Translations under genes and position numbers: made by a program | IMG/VR virus record: IMGVR_UViG_2541047759_000001 | Origin: a virus | Lineage: Duplodnaviria > Heunggongvirae > Uroviricota > Caudoviricetes | DNA: 64,000 nt | Reading direction: 5' to 3' (one strand) | Shown here: piece by piece, positions 40,801 to 51,341 of the stretch | Numbering within the stretch: the stretch's first letter is position 1 | Layout: every line of letters begins with the position of its first letter | The notes under the pieces: model-generated | What the model saw: the letters and a program-made list of their open reading frames with translations, nothing else | Databases searched by the model: none | What the model was told of the DNA's origin: nothing

Positions 40801-41588
40801 CAAAAAACGGTATTCCCTATGTGGCCGGGATTGGCGTGGGGATTGAGGATGTTGATGGTCAGACCCTGAGTAACATTCTGCTGCAGGCTGACCGTATCGC
40901 GATGATTACCCCGGAGAATGGCAACACCACGCCGCTGTTTGTGGCGCAGGGGAATCAGCTGTTCATGAACGACGTGTTCCTGAAGCGACTGTTTGCGGTG
41001 AGCATCACGTCATCCGGCAATCCTCCGACGTTTTCCCTGACGCCGGATGGCAGGCTGACAGCCCGCAATGCGGATATCAGTGGAGCCATCACGGCGAATA
41101 CCGGCACGCTCAATAATGTCACCATTAACGAGAACTGTGTCATCAGAGGGAAACTGTCTGCAAACCAGATTGAAGGCGATCTCGTTAAAACAGTGGGTAA
41201 GGCTTTCCCCCGTGACTCCCGTGCACCGAAGCGTTGGCCATCAGGAACCATTACCGTCAGGGTTTATGACGATCAGCCGTTTAACCGGCAGATTGTTATT
41301 CCGGCGGTGGCTTTCAGCGGTGCCAGACATGAGCGGGAGAACAGCGATACTTATTCGTCATGCCGCCTGATAGTGAAGAAAAACGGTGCTGAAATTTATA
41401 ACCGTACCGCGATGGATAATACGCTGGTTTACAGTGGTGTTATTGATATGCCTGCTGGTCGCGGCCACATGACGCTGGAGTTTTCTGTATCAGCATGGTG
41501 GGTAAATGGCTGGTATCCCACAGCAAGTATCAGCGATTTGCTGGTTGTTGTGATGAAGAAAGCCACTGCAGGCATCACGATTAGCTGA
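37896..41588 (+). CDS. J: Central tail fiber / host specificity protein J
   Basis: 1230 aa; N-terminus '[39 protein letters not shown]' matches lambda J. Confidence 0.9.
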   Translation: MGKGGGKAHTPREAKDNLKSTQMMSVIDAIGEGPIEGPVKGLQSILVNKTPLTDTDGNPVIHGVTAVWRAGEQEQTPPEGFESSGAETGLGVEVTKAKPVTRTITSANIDRLRVTFGVQSLVQTTSRGDRNPSSVRILIQLQRNGRWVTEKDVTINGKTTSQFLASVILDNLPPRPFNIRMVRETADSTTDQLQNKTLWSSYTEIIDVKQCYPNTAIVGLQVDAEQFGGQQMTVNYHIRGRIIQVPSNYDPEKRTYSGIWDGSLKPAYSNNPAWCLWDMLTHPRYGMGKRLGAADVDKWALYAIGQYCDQTVPDGFGGTEPRMTFNAYLAQQRKAWDVLSDFCSAMRCMPVWNGQTLTFVQDRPSDVVWPYTNSDVVVDDNGVGFRYSFSALKDRHTAVEVNYTDPQNGWQTSTELVEDPEAILRYGRNLLKMDAFGCTSRGQAHRAGLWVIKTELLETQTVDFTLGSQGLRHTPGDIIEICDNDYAGTMTGGRVLSIDAASRTLTLDREVTLPETGTATVNLINGSGKPASVAITAHPAPDRIQVSTLPDGVETYGVWGLSLPSLRRRLFRCVSIRENTDGTFAITAVQHVPEKEAIVDNGARFEPQSGSLNSVIPPAVQHLTVEVSAADGQYLAQAKWDTPRVVKGVRFSLRLTSGKGTDARLVTTAITADTEHRFSGLPLGEYTLTVRAINSYGQQGEPATTTFRINAPAKPATIELTPGYFQITAVPRLAVYDPTIQFEFWFSEKRITNTAQVEKSARYLGSGSQWTVQGSRIKPGTDFWFYVRSVNLVGKSAFVEASGQPSNDGEGYLEIFRGLIDETLLGQALKERIDASALRTEVTQLEEDIRQRMDTDIAEVTRKIGEAENSLTQLVAKKNEDQTLAIAQMSQKVDRVSSEISQTVSQGQSENARQIAQVRQYVDKKGSEITSTTDKKLGDQAVTIQQIQRVQSDTRNELNAMYMLKVQKTKNGIPYVAGIGVGIEDVDGQTLSNILLQADRIAMITPENGNTTPLFVAQGNQLFMNDVFLKRLFAVSITSSGNPPTFSLTPDGRLTARNADISGAITANTGTLNNVTINENCVIRGKLSANQIEGDLVKTVGKAFPRDSRAPKRWPSGTITVRVYDDQPFNRQIVIPAVAFSGARHERENSDTYSSCRLIVKKNGAEIYNRTAMDNTLVYSGVIDMPAGRGHMTLEFSVSAWWVNGWYPTASISDLLVVVMKKATAGITIS

Positions 41589-41655
41589 ATTTTATAACCC
41601 CAATACGGGCGCCAGAAATGGCGCCTTTTTTATTGCAGAAAAGCGAGAGGTAATT

Positions 41656-42255
41656 ATGCGTAAATTATGTGCTGTTATTCTGTCCGCAGTAGTCTGGCTG
41701 GTTGCCGCTGGTACGCCAGCGAGCGCAGCAGAGCATCAGTCCACACTAAGCGCCGGGTATCTTCAGACCCATACTGATATGCCTGGCAGCGATGATCTGA
41801 ACGGGATTAACGTGAAATACCGTTATGAGTTTACGGACACGCTGGGGCTGGTGACGTCATTCAGTTATGCCAATGCCAAAGATGAGCAAAAAACGCATTA
41901 CAGCGATACCCGCTGGCATGAAGATTCCGTGCGTAACCGCTGGTTCAGCGTAATGGCGGGGCCGTCTGTGCGCGTGAATGAATGGTTCAGTGCTTATGCG
42001 ATGGCAGGTGTGGCTTACAGCCGTGTGTCGACTTTCTCCGGGGATTATCTCCGCGTAACTGACAACAAGGGGAAAATGCACGACGTGCTGACCGGAAGTG
42101 ATGACGGTCGCCACAGCAATACCTCTCTGGCGTGGGGAGCTGGCGTGCAGTTTAACCCGACCGAATCCGTGGCCATTGATATTGCTTATGAAGGCTCCGG
42201 CAGTGGCGACTGGCGAACGGATGCATTTATTGTTGGTATCGGATACCGTTTCTGA
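41656..42255 (+). CDS. lom: Lom/Ail family outer membrane beta-barrel protein
   Basis: Signal peptide; alternating beta-strand pattern; C-terminal 'FIVGIGYRF'. Confidence 0.85.
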   Translation: MRKLCAVILSAVVWLVAAGTPASAAEHQSTLSAGYLQTHTDMPGSDDLNGINVKYRYEFTDTLGLVTSFSYANAKDEQKTHYSDTRWHEDSVRNRWFSVMAGPSVRVNEWFSAYAMAGVAYSRVSTFSGDYLRVTDNKGKMHDVLTGSDDGRHSNTSLAWGAGVQFNPTESVAIDIAYEGSGSGDWRTDAFIVGIGYRF

Positions 42256-42406
42256 CAACAGACGCCGATTTATCTTCTGTAAATATTGTTATGATACGCA
42301 GGTTCATCCGCCTTATGGGGTGAACTGCGTTTGAGGAAACGTAAAGTTACACTGTCCTGAAGCCCGTGGCGTCACTGCTGCGGGCTTTTTTTATTGGTGG
42401 AAAAGT

Positions 42407-44470
42407 ATGACAGTAAAAATTTCTGGCGTGCTTAAAGATGGCACAGGAAAACCAGTACAGAACTGCACCATTGTGCTGAAGGCCAGACGGACCAGCAGCA
42501 CGGTGGTGGTGAACACGGTGGCCTCTGAAAATCCGGATGAAGCCGGGCGTTACAGCATGGATGTTGAGTATGGCCAGTACAGCGTCACCCTGCTGGTTGA
42601 AGATTTTCCGCCTTCACATGCCGGGACCATTACCGTCTATGAAGGTTCCAGACCAGGTACGCTGAATGATTTTCTCGGCGCCATGACGGAAGATGATGTC
42701 ATGCCGGAGGCACTGCGCCGTTTTGAGCTGATGGTGAATGAAGTGGCACGTCATGCCGGAGCATCATCACAGAGCGCAGCGGCAGCAAAGAAATCCGAAA
42801 CGGCAGCGGCATCATCGAAGAACGCGGCGAAAACCTCAGAAACGAATGCAGCTAACAGCGCACAGGCGGCAGCGGCCTCGCAGACTGCATCGGCAAACTC
42901 CGCGACAGCAGCCAAAAAATCAGAAACCAGCGCGAAAAATAGCGAGACAGCCACAAAGGCCAGCGAAAAAAACGCAAAATCCAGCCAGACGGCAGCGAAA
43001 ACCAGTGAGACGAATGCCAAAGACAGTGAAGCCAACGCAAAGGTGAGCGAAACAGCGGCGGCGAACTCGGCGAAAGCATCGGCAGCAAGCCAGACGGCAG
43101 CAAAAGCAAGTGAAGATGCTGCCAGAGAATACGCAAACCAGACAGCAGAGCCGTACAGATATGTTTTACAGCCGCTGCCGGATGTGTGGATACCCTTTAA
43201 TGATTCGCTGGATATGATTACGGGCTATTCTCCGGGTTATAAAAAAGTGAAGATTGGTGATAATGTGGTTCAGGTTGCCAGTGATAAACAGGTTAATTTC
43301 AGTCGCGCATCAACGGCAACATATATCAACAAATCTGGCGAACTGAAAACGGCGGAAATTAATGAGCCACGATTTGAGTGTGATGGCCTGCTTATTGAGG
43401 GGCAAAGAACGAACTTCTTCCCGAACAGTACAGACCCTTCGAAGTGGAATAAGTCAACTTCACTGGACGTTACAGAAACAGGCACAGATAGTTTCGGGTT
43501 TAATTATGGCCGGTTTGTCGTACAGGATTCGATTGTTGGTACAAGTAAAGCGCATACCATTATCGGACTGTATTCGAGTACCGGAGGGGTTGATACTTCA
43601 GGGGACGAAAAGCATGTAACTATATCCTGTCGGGTAAAAAGTGAAGTTGATAATATCGCCGTTCGTATTTTATTTGAACATTATGATGGGGAGGTAAGGA
43701 CATCAATAGGAGCAGCAAACCTGAACCTTACCACCCGCATAATTAGCAAGACAGGTCAGACAAGCCGTGTTACAGCAAGGTCTGTTAAGGATGATGCAAC
43801 TGGCTGGATATTTTTTGAGGCTACATTAAAAGCAGATACAACAGAAAATACGGTTGGTGGTTTTGTCCAGTATTCTCCGGATACAGGGCAGATGGTTGCA
43901 TCAGGGGATTATCTCGATGTAACCACTCCACAGATTGAGGCTGGTACAGGCGCATCATCTTTTATTGTTACGGGGACGGCACCGGTAACGCGGGCAAGCG
44001 ATATGGTTACAGTTCCGATTAAGAATAATCTTTATAATCTTCCTTTTACGGTTCTTTGTGAGGTACATAAGAACTGGTATAAAACGCCAAATGCAGCACC
44101 GCGTGTTTTTGACACATACCGGCATCAGGCAGATGCGGGGATCGTAATGGGGTTTGGTTCATCAGGTGGGTACGACGGTTTTCCGTATTGTGATATAGGT
44201 GGTTCAGACCGACGAATAAATGAAAATGCCGGGCTGGAAAAAATGCTTATTGGTATGCGGGTAAAGTCCGAACGGTCCACATGTGTAGTCAGTAACGGTA
44301 AGTTAAGCAGCGAAACTAAAACCAAATGGGAATATATCCGGAGTACAGCAACCATTCGCATTGGTGGACAAACTACAGCAGGATTACGCCATTTATTTGG
44401 GCATGTGAGGAATTTTCGTCTCTGGCATAAAGAGCTAACAGATGCGCAGCTTGGGGAGGTTGTGGAGTGA
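42407..44470 (+). CDS. stf: Side tail fiber protein with Ala/Ser-rich repeat region
   Basis: N-terminus 'MTVKISGVLKDGTGKPVQNCTI' matches lambda Stf; 'AAKTSETNA' repeats at about 42760-43140. Confidence 0.85.
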   Translation: MTVKISGVLKDGTGKPVQNCTIVLKARRTSSTVVVNTVASENPDEAGRYSMDVEYGQYSVTLLVEDFPPSHAGTITVYEGSRPGTLNDFLGAMTEDDVMPEALRRFELMVNEVARHAGASSQSAAAAKKSETAAASSKNAAKTSETNAANSAQAAAASQTASANSATAAKKSETSAKNSETATKASEKNAKSSQTAAKTSETNAKDSEANAKVSETAAANSAKASAASQTAAKASEDAAREYANQTAEPYRYVLQPLPDVWIPFNDSLDMITGYSPGYKKVKIGDNVVQVASDKQVNFSRASTATYINKSGELKTAEINEPRFECDGLLIEGQRTNFFPNSTDPSKWNKSTSLDVTETGTDSFGFNYGRFVVQDSIVGTSKAHTIIGLYSSTGGVDTSGDEKHVTISCRVKSEVDNIAVRILFEHYDGEVRTSIGAANLNLTTRIISKTGQTSRVTARSVKDDATGWIFFEATLKADTTENTVGGFVQYSPDTGQMVASGDYLDVTTPQIEAGTGASSFIVTGTAPVTRASDMVTVPIKNNLYNLPFTVLCEVHKNWYKTPNAAPRVFDTYRHQADAGIVMGFGSSGGYDGFPYCDIGGSDRRINENAGLEKMLIGMRVKSERSTCVVSNGKLSSETKTKWEYIRSTATIRIGGQTTAGLRHLFGHVRNFRLWHKELTDAQLGEVVE

Positions 44471-44745
44471 GAGATTTCACGTTGCGTTTCAGTGATAAAG
44501 CAGATTTCAGGGCATTTCTCAGGAAACTTAACTGGGAAGAGGACGAAGAGCTGCAGAATGCCGTTCTGGTTGATGAGATTGGTTTTACGTTCAGTGAGTC
44601 AGGTGTTTCTGCTGACGGGGAGCCTGAATACACGCGAGACGAAGGGTACTTTGTTAATATTCGTCTTCTTGACGATGGCTTTGATGAATCCGTGTTCCGT
44701 GAGTGGGTGGTTACACCAGAGCGCCCGCTAAGGGAGTGGTTTTAA
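44467..44745 (+). CDS. Hypothetical protein downstream of the tail fiber
   Basis: GGGGAGG RBS, GTG start overlapping the stf stop; 92 aa, acidic. Confidence 0.5.
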   Translation: MRDFTLRFSDKADFRAFLRKLNWEEDEELQNAVLVDEIGFTFSESGVSADGEPEYTRDEGYFVNIRLLDDGFDESVFREWVVTPERPLREWF

Positions 44746-44754
44746 GGGGAGCAG

Positions 44755-45048
44755 ATGGATATCACGTCGATACTTCATGCGCTTTGTGCCGTGGCGGTGC
44801 AGGTACTGGCTGGTCTTTTTACCGGAAACTGGGCTTACGGGGCGATAGCCGGTTGTACGTTCTTCATTGCGCGTGAACACACCCAGGCAGAATATCGCTG
44901 GATTGAAATGTTCGGGCATGGCAAGCGGATTAACATGCCGTGGTGGGGCGGTTTTGATCCACGTGCATGGGATGTGGCAAGCCTGATGGATTTTGCTGTG
45001 CCGGTGGTGGCGTGTCTGCTGGTCTGGCTGTTGGTTAATCGTGGGTGA
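44755..45048 (+). CDS. Small membrane protein
   Basis: GGGGAG RBS; hydrophobic segments at both ends; 97 aa. Confidence 0.5.
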   Translation: MDITSILHALCAVAVQVLAGLFTGNWAYGAIAGCTFFIAREHTQAEYRWIEMFGHGKRINMPWWGGFDPRAWDVASLMDFAVPVVACLLVWLLVNRG

Positions 45049-45059
45049 AAAAGGTGAGC

Positions 45060-45190
45060 AGTATATGCAACGAAGGAGGAAACATCATTGCTGGCGGCAT
45101 GGAAGGCATGCAGGGTGTTGCTGAACCGTGTTGATACATCAACTGCACCTGATATTGAGTGGCCTACGAACCCTGTCAGGGAGTAATCAT
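45060..45190 (+). pseudogene. Remnant of a tail fiber assembly (tfa) gene 3' end
   Basis: Encodes '...[31 protein letters not shown]' with no start codon; near-duplicate of the 45966-46232 C-terminus. Confidence 0.5.
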
Positions 45191-45240
45191 TGGGATTATG
45201 CCGCAGCACGTCTTAAGCAAGAACGTGCTGCGGTTGGATG

Positions 45241-45909
45241 CTATTTTTTCCCTGAAGCGGAAAACATTACTACAGTACCTTGAACCTTGGTTTTAACATT
45301 CTCGAAATGCTCTGAGAGTATATGTGTTAAGCCTTCTTCGGAATCTTTTGTGTTTGAAAAGATGCCTTTCTGATTGTAAATGCGCATCAGTTTTTGACCG
45401 AAGCTATTGTGCACAACTCCATCGCCAAGAATTGTGGCTCCGTATAGAGTTCCATCGTCAGTTAAGGCCTGCGCCGCATTGCGTATTACACAGCTTTTTG
45501 TAGATATATTTCCAGGCAGGCAGTGAAGAAGGTAAAACATGGAAATGGAATCAAATTGACCATGTAACGCCGCGGGATAAGGTTCAAAAACATCATGGCT
45601 AATTTTATGTTTAATTTTTGATTCCCCTGCCCTTGTAGATGCCGCGTTCAGGCTAGCTTCGTTCAAATCCATTAAAGATATCAGACTACTCTCAGGTACG
45701 TGAGTAAGGTAAAACCCAGTTCCAACACCAATATCCAGATGGTTGTTACCTAAATGTTCCAGAAAGTGTGGAAGAAGGTGTTCCTTTGTAGGACATCCCC
45801 ATGCAAGCCGATTTGATACTCCCAAAACCCACCAGTCATAAAGCTTTAGGGTAAGTGGTGTGTAAATTTTAGCCCCATCATCTGTGTTTTTTTTCATTAA
45901 TTTCACCAT
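45241..45909 (-). CDS. Class I SAM-dependent methyltransferase, low-GC cargo
   Basis: 'LDIGVGTG' motif I; low-GC gene between duplicated tfa 3' ends; start may be the ATG at 45897. Confidence 0.7.
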   Translation of the reverse strand: MVKLMKKNTDDGAKIYTPLTLKLYDWWVLGVSNRLAWGCPTKEHLLPHFLEHLGNNHLDIGVGTGFYLTHVPESSLISLMDLNEASLNAASTRAGESKIKHKISHDVFEPYPAALHGQFDSISMFYLLHCLPGNISTKSCVIRNAAQALTDDGTLYGATILGDGVVHNSFGQKLMRIYNQKGIFSNTKDSEEGLTHILSEHFENVKTKVQGTVVMFSASGKK

Positions 45910-45965
45910 GTTATAGTTTTATTTATGAATTAAATCAATTATGGCGATGAATTACAAGGGGTTAA

Positions 45966-46232
45966 ATGCTGCCGCAGCATAGCGATATTGAAATAGCCTG
46001 GTATGCTTCGATACAGCAGGAGCCGAATGGCTGGAAGACCGTCACCACACAGTTCTACATCCAGGAATTCAGTGAGTATATTGCGCCACTGCAGGATGCT
46101 GTAGATCTGGAAATCGCAACGGAGGAAGAAAGATCGTTGCTGGAGGCATGGAATAAATATCGGGTATTGTTGAATCGTGTTGATACATCAACTGCACCTG
46201 ATATTGAGTGGCCGACTTCACCTGCAGAGTAA
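45966..46232 (+). CDS. Tail fiber assembly protein C-terminal fragment
   Basis: 88 aa ending '...[30 protein letters not shown]', a conserved Tfa C-terminal region; N-terminal half absent. Confidence 0.5.
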   Translation: MLPQHSDIEIAWYASIQQEPNGWKTVTTQFYIQEFSEYIAPLQDAVDLEIATEEERSLLEAWNKYRVLLNRVDTSTAPDIEWPTSPAE

Positions 46233-46463
46233 TCAACGGCGCAGGGATGATATTTTGTGCTTGAAGTGCCTCCCCGACCATTCAGATAGTCGGGGAGGGG
46301 TATTGGGATTATACGCAATCAGTTTTAGTTAAAGACCGAAGCTCTCGAAAAATCTTTCTCCAAAACCAGAATGGAATTGATTGATTTTGATAGGATCTAT
46401 AACGTCGTTACCTTAAACGGCAAAACCACTCAAAAACAAACTTAATGCATTGAATATAAAGGA

Positions 46464-47327
46464 TTAATCATCTAATTCGCTCACCTTCTTATTCAGCAGA
46501 CGAGAAGCGCGCCAGTAAACCAGCAACATCAGGCCCATTACGATAGTCAGCGTAATGCTGGTGGCTGCACCAAACGGCCAGTCACGAATATTGAGGAACT
46601 GTACCTTGATGACGTTACCGATCAGCAGGTTTTTCGCACCGCCCATCAGGTCGGACACATAGAACAGGCCCATCGCTGGCAGCATCACCAGCAGACATCC
46701 GGCAATAATTCCCGGCATCGTTAGTGGGATAATGATGCGGATAAAGGTCTGCAACTTGCTGGCACCGAGATCGCGCGCCGCCTCAAGCAACGGCTTATCC
46801 AGTTTTTCGATACTGGAGTACAGCGGCATCACCATAAACGGCAGCAGAATGTAAACCAGACCGATAATCACCGCACTAGGCGTGAACATGATGCGAATTG
46901 GTGTATCGATAACGCCCAGCCAGAGCAAAAACTCGTTGAGATAGCCTTTGGTGCTGAGGAAAATTTTCAGCCCGTAAATACGAATCAATGAGTTGGTCCA
47001 GAACGGAACAATCAGCAGAAACAGCAGCAGCGGACGCACCTTGTGTGGCAGCTTCGCCAGAAACCAGGCAAAAGGATAGCCCAGCACCAGGCTGGCGAGG
47101 GTGGCGATCAGCGCCATATTCAGCGAGTGCAATAGCACTTCAAAATAGAGCGGATCGAGCAGACGCGTGTAGTTATCCAGCGTAAAGACCATTTTGACGA
47201 AACTGGCGTCGTCGCGGGTCAAAAAGCTGGTGCCAATGATCATCAGGTTGGGCAGAAAGACAAACAACACAAGCCAACCGACAATAGTGACAATCACTAC
47301 ATTCTGGAACTTACTTGTGTTCTTCAT
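46464..47327 (-). CDS. potB: Spermidine/putrescine ABC transporter permease PotB
   Basis: Recognised E. coli PotB sequence; followed by potA in operon order. Confidence 0.9.
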
Positions 47328-48447
47328 CAGCCAGTACGACCTCCCAGCTTTCTACCCAATTAATGGCCATTTTTTGGTCGAGAGAGTGGTCAAAGTCAGG
47401 ATCGTCTTCATTGAAGAATTCGCTGACCATCACCATCTTGCCATTTTCCAGCTCAACAACCGACTCCAGCGTCATGCCTTTGTAGTTACGCTCGCGAACG
47501 TAACCAATCAGCCCTTCGGCGTGGTTGTCGTCGTTAATCTCTTCAACACGTAAGTCTTCCGGGCGCAGCAGAACATGCAGTTTTTGCCCCGGTTCAACGG
47601 CGAAGTTAACGTAGATATTACATTCGCGGCCTTCAACGTTGGCGCGTACGCGCTGCTCGTCGAGACGTTCGATGACAGTGGCGTTAAACATATTGATTTC
47701 GCCAATAAACCCGGCAACAAACAGGTTTTTCGGCTCTTCGTAGATTTCACGCGGCGTGCCGTCTTGCTCAATGCGACCATCGCGCATCACCACGATCCTG
47801 TCCGACATAGTAAGTGCTTCTTCCTGGTCGTGAGTTACGAACACGAATGTAATGCCAAGCTTACGCTGTAACGCTTTCAGCTCGTTCTGCATTTGCTTGC
47901 GCAGTTTGTAATCCAGCGCTGAGAGCGACTCATCCAGCAACAACAGACGAGGCTTGTTAACCACCGCGCGGGCAATGGCGACGCGTTGCTGTTGACCACC
48001 AGAGAGCTGATGCGGTTTGCGTTGAGCGAAGGTTTCCAGCTGCACCATCCGCAGGGCTTCCATCACGCGGGGCGTAATTTCAGCAGCGGGGGTTTTTTGC
48101 ATGCGCAACCCAAAGGCCACATTTTCGAACACGGTCATGTGGGGGAAAAGTGCGTAGCTTTGGAAAACAGTGTTCACGTAGCGGTTTTCCGCCGGAACGT
48201 GGGTGATGTCCTCGTTATCCAACATGATGCGTCCGGAATCAACAGTTTCCAGACCTGCAATCAGGCGAAGAACGGTTGTTTTACCGCAGCCAGAAGGGCC
48301 AAGCAGCGTGAGGAACTCGCCATTGTTGATAGTCAGATCCAGCTGGGGAATGACCTCTTTACCATCAAAGCATTTGCGAATTCCCGCCAATTGCACCAGC
48401 GGTGAAAGCGAACTCGGTTGTTTATTCAATTTTTTACTCTGTCCCAT
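47311..48447 (-). CDS. potA: Spermidine/putrescine ABC transporter ATPase PotA
   Basis: Walker A 'GPSGCGKTT', ABC signature 'LSGGQQQR'; recognised E. coli PotA. Confidence 0.92.
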
Positions 48448-48696
48448 GTAAACGCAACGGATGGCTTACCGATGCGGGGTTTGTGGTTAACCACCTTGGT
48501 GACTCTTAATGAGGGCGGTAATTCTACGGCAAACCGCTTGAATCGCCAATCTTTGTTGTGAATTACTGGCTTAGCTTTATATTCATTAAGGTAATGCTGA
48601 TAAATATTCCCGCTTGCAGGGGTAAAAGTGACCTGACGCAATATTTGTCTTTTGTTGCTTCTTAATAATGTTGTCACAAAAAGTGAGGGTGACTAC

Positions 48697-49923
48697 ATGG
48701 ATAAACTACTTGAGCGATTTTTGAACTACGTGTCTCTGGATACCCAATCAAAAGCAGGGGTGAGACAGGTTCCCAGCACGGAAGGCCAATGGAAGTTATT
48801 GCATCTGCTGAAAGAGCAGCTCGAAGAGATGGGGCTTATCAATGTGACCTTAAGTGAGAAGGGAACTTTGATGGCGACGTTACCGGCTAACGTCCCTGGC
48901 GATATCCCGGCGATTGGCTTTATTTCTCATGTGGATACCTCACCGGATTGCAGCGGCAAAAATGTGAATCCGCAAATTGTTGAAAACTATCGCGGTGGCG
49001 ATATTGCGCTGGGTATCGGCGATGAAGTTTTATCACCGGTTATGTTCCCGGTGCTGCATCAGCTACTGGGTCAGACGCTGATTACCACCGATGGTAAAAC
49101 CTTGTTAGGTGCCGATGACAAAGCAGGTATTGCAGAAATCATGACCGCGCTGGCGGTATTGCAACAAAAAAACATTCCGCATGGTGATATTCGCGTCGCC
49201 TTTACCCCGGATGAAGAAGTGGGCAAAGGGGCGAAGCATTTTGATGTTGACGCCTTCGATGCCCGCTGGGCTTACACCGTTGATGGTGGTGGCGTCGGCG
49301 AACTGGAGTTTGAAAACTTCAACGCCGCGTCGGTCAATATCAAAATTGTCGGTAACAATGTTCACCCGGGCACGGCGAAAGGAGTAATGGTAAATGCGCT
49401 GTCGCTGGCGGCACGTATTCATGCGGAAGTTCCGGCGGATGAAAGCCCGGAAATGACAGAAGGCTATGAAGGTTTCTATCACCTGGCGAGCATGAAAGGC
49501 ACTGTTGAACGGGCCGATATGCACTACATCATCCGTGATTTCGACCGTAAACAGTTTGAAGCGCGTAAACGTAAAATGATGGAGATCGCTAAAAAAGTGG
49601 GCAAAGGGTTACATCCTGATTGCTACATTGAACTGGTGATTGAAGACAGTTACTACAATATGCGCGAGAAAGTGGTTGAGCATCCGCATATTCTCGATAT
49701 CGCCCAGCAGGCGATGCGTGACTGCGATATTGAACCGGAACTGAAACCGATCCGCGGCGGTACCGACGGCGCGCAGTTGTCGTTTATGGGATTACCGTGC
49801 CCGAACCTGTTCACTGGCGGTTACAACTATCATGGTAAGCATGAGTTTGTGACTCTGGAAGGTATGGAAAAAGCGGTGCAGGTGATCGTCCGTATTGCCG
49901 AGTTGACGGCGCAACGGAAGTAA
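48697..49923 (+). CDS. pepT: Peptidase T (tripeptidase)
   Basis: '[21 protein letters not shown]' N-terminus; M20-family motifs; recognised E. coli PepT. Confidence 0.9.
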   Translation: MDKLLERFLNYVSLDTQSKAGVRQVPSTEGQWKLLHLLKEQLEEMGLINVTLSEKGTLMATLPANVPGDIPAIGFISHVDTSPDCSGKNVNPQIVENYRGGDIALGIGDEVLSPVMFPVLHQLLGQTLITTDGKTLLGADDKAGIAEIMTALAVLQQKNIPHGDIRVAFTPDEEVGKGAKHFDVDAFDARWAYTVDGGGVGELEFENFNAASVNIKIVGNNVHPGTAKGVMVNALSLAARIHAEVPADESPEMTEGYEGFYHLASMKGTVERADMHYIIRDFDRKQFEARKRKMMEIAKKVGKGLHPDCYIELVIEDSYYNMREKVVEHPHILDIAQQAMRDCDIEPELKPIRGGTDGAQLSFMGLPCPNLFTGGYNYHGKHEFVTLEGMEKAVQVIVRIAELTAQRK

Positions 49924-49971
49924 GCAAAAAGGGATGCGGCATGTGATGCCGCATCCGGCTTAAATCCAAAC

Positions 49972-51093
49972 TTACCCTTCGAAGAACCAGTATCCGCTAT
50001 TGACCAGCGCCGCGAGCATCGCGAGGAATGACGGATCTTCCAGCGCATCGCCAAAATTCTCCGCGGTCAGCGCAATGTTGCTGGCGAGTGCATCCAGTGC
50101 CGGACGGTGCGGGGAATCGATTTTCTCACCATTGGCATACACGTCGTCGCCAATGCGCAATACGCGCAGACCCCCCAGGCGCACCAGCACATCACCTTGT
50201 TTCAGCGCATCGTAGATTTCATCCGGCTGATAAGGCGGCTCTGGCGGCGCGATATCCAGTTCATGACGTGACTGGGATATAAACTCGCCAAACCATTGCT
50301 TAAAGTGTTCCGGCTGGTTGATCAATTCGAGCATCATCTCACGCAGTTTATCCATCTCTTGCGGCAGAACGTCCGCAGGATGAGCGCGAGGTGGAACATC
50401 AGGATCGCTGTAGTAGTTGCCGCCCAGTTCACGTTGCAGCACATAATCGGCAAATCCGCTAATCAGTTCCCGCGTATTCGGCGCGCGAAAACCCACGGAA
50501 TAGTTCATCGCATTTTCCAGCGCGTAGCCTTCATGCGGGAATCCTGGCGGAATATAAAGAATATCGCCAGGCTCCAGCTCTTCATCGATGATGGCTTCGA
50601 ACGGATCGACCTGTAACAGATCCGGGTGCGGGCAGTGCTGTTTCATTTGCAGCTTTTCACCCACTCGCCAGCGACGACGACCGGTACCCTGAATGATAAA
50701 CACGTCGTACTGATCGAGATGCGGGCCGACGCCGCCGCCCGGTACAGAAAAAGAGATCATCAGATCATCAATACGCCAGTCCGGTAGTTCACGGAACGGT
50801 CGCATTAGCGCAGCGGTCGGCTCATGCCAGTGGTTCACTGCTTGCACTAACAATGACCAGTTAGTTTCTCCGAGATGATCGTAGCTTTCGAATGGACCGT
50901 GGCTGACCTGCCATTTGCCATCCTGATGACTGACCAGTCGACTGTCGACTTCGCTTTCCATCGCCAGACCCGCCAACTCGTCTGGAGAGATTGGGTCAAT
51001 AAAATTATTAAAGCCGCGTTTTAACACCACCGGGCGTTTCTGCCAGTGACGTTCAAGAAAATCGGGCCAGTTAAGAGTGAGTTGGTATTCCAT
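49972..51093 (-). CDS. roxA: Ribosomal protein L16 arginine hydroxylase RoxA (YcfD), JmjC family
   Basis: 'MEYQLTLNWPDFLERHWQKRPVVLKRG' N-terminus; recognised E. coli YcfD. Confidence 0.9.
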   Translation of the reverse strand: MEYQLTLNWPDFLERHWQKRPVVLKRGFNNFIDPISPDELAGLAMESEVDSRLVSHQDGKWQVSHGPFESYDHLGETNWSLLVQAVNHWHEPTAALMRPFRELPDWRIDDLMISFSVPGGGVGPHLDQYDVFIIQGTGRRRWRVGEKLQMKQHCPHPDLLQVDPFEAIIDEELEPGDILYIPPGFPHEGYALENAMNYSVGFRAPNTRELISGFADYVLQRELGGNYYSDPDVPPRAHPADVLPQEMDKLREMMLELINQPEHFKQWFGEFISQSRHELDIAPPEPPYQPDEIYDALKQGDVLVRLGGLRVLRIGDDVYANGEKIDSPHRPALDALASNIALTAENFGDALEDPSFLAMLAALVNSGYWFFEG

Positions 51094-51284
51094 GTTAAGC
51101 ATCCACAGGCTGGTATCTGCAACCGATTATAACGGATGCTTAACGTAATGCGTGAAGTATGGACATATTTTATCAATTAGTGTTTTTTGCCGTTTCATAA
51201 TGTTTCAGGTTGTTCATTATGTTTTTGATTATAAACAGATTTGTGATTTTCCTTGTTCCAGCTTGTTTCACGTTGTAGCCCTTT

Positions 51285-51315
51285 GTGCAACGATCGGTGT
51301 AGTTAATGGTGTAGT
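51285..51315. repeat. attL direct repeat GTGCAACGATCGGTGTAGTTAATGGTGTAGT
   Basis: Identical 31-bp copy at 62437-62467; sits 26 bp upstream of the integrase gene. Confidence 0.8.
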
Positions 51316-51341
51316 TAATTGTGATGACCGGAATCAAAATT

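Larger units (their letters stand above)
1..46400. mobile_element. Lambda-like prophage; attL lies left of the window, right boundary approximate near the 3' end of potB
   Basis: Colinear lambda-type modules from integrase through side tail fiber; lambda-type cos; host potB follows at 46464. Confidence 0.85.

Noticed and set aside
42738-43046. Arg/Pro/Gln-rich 102-aa ORF inside the tail fiber gene
   Set aside because: Alternative frame of the repetitive Ala/Ser-rich tail fiber region.
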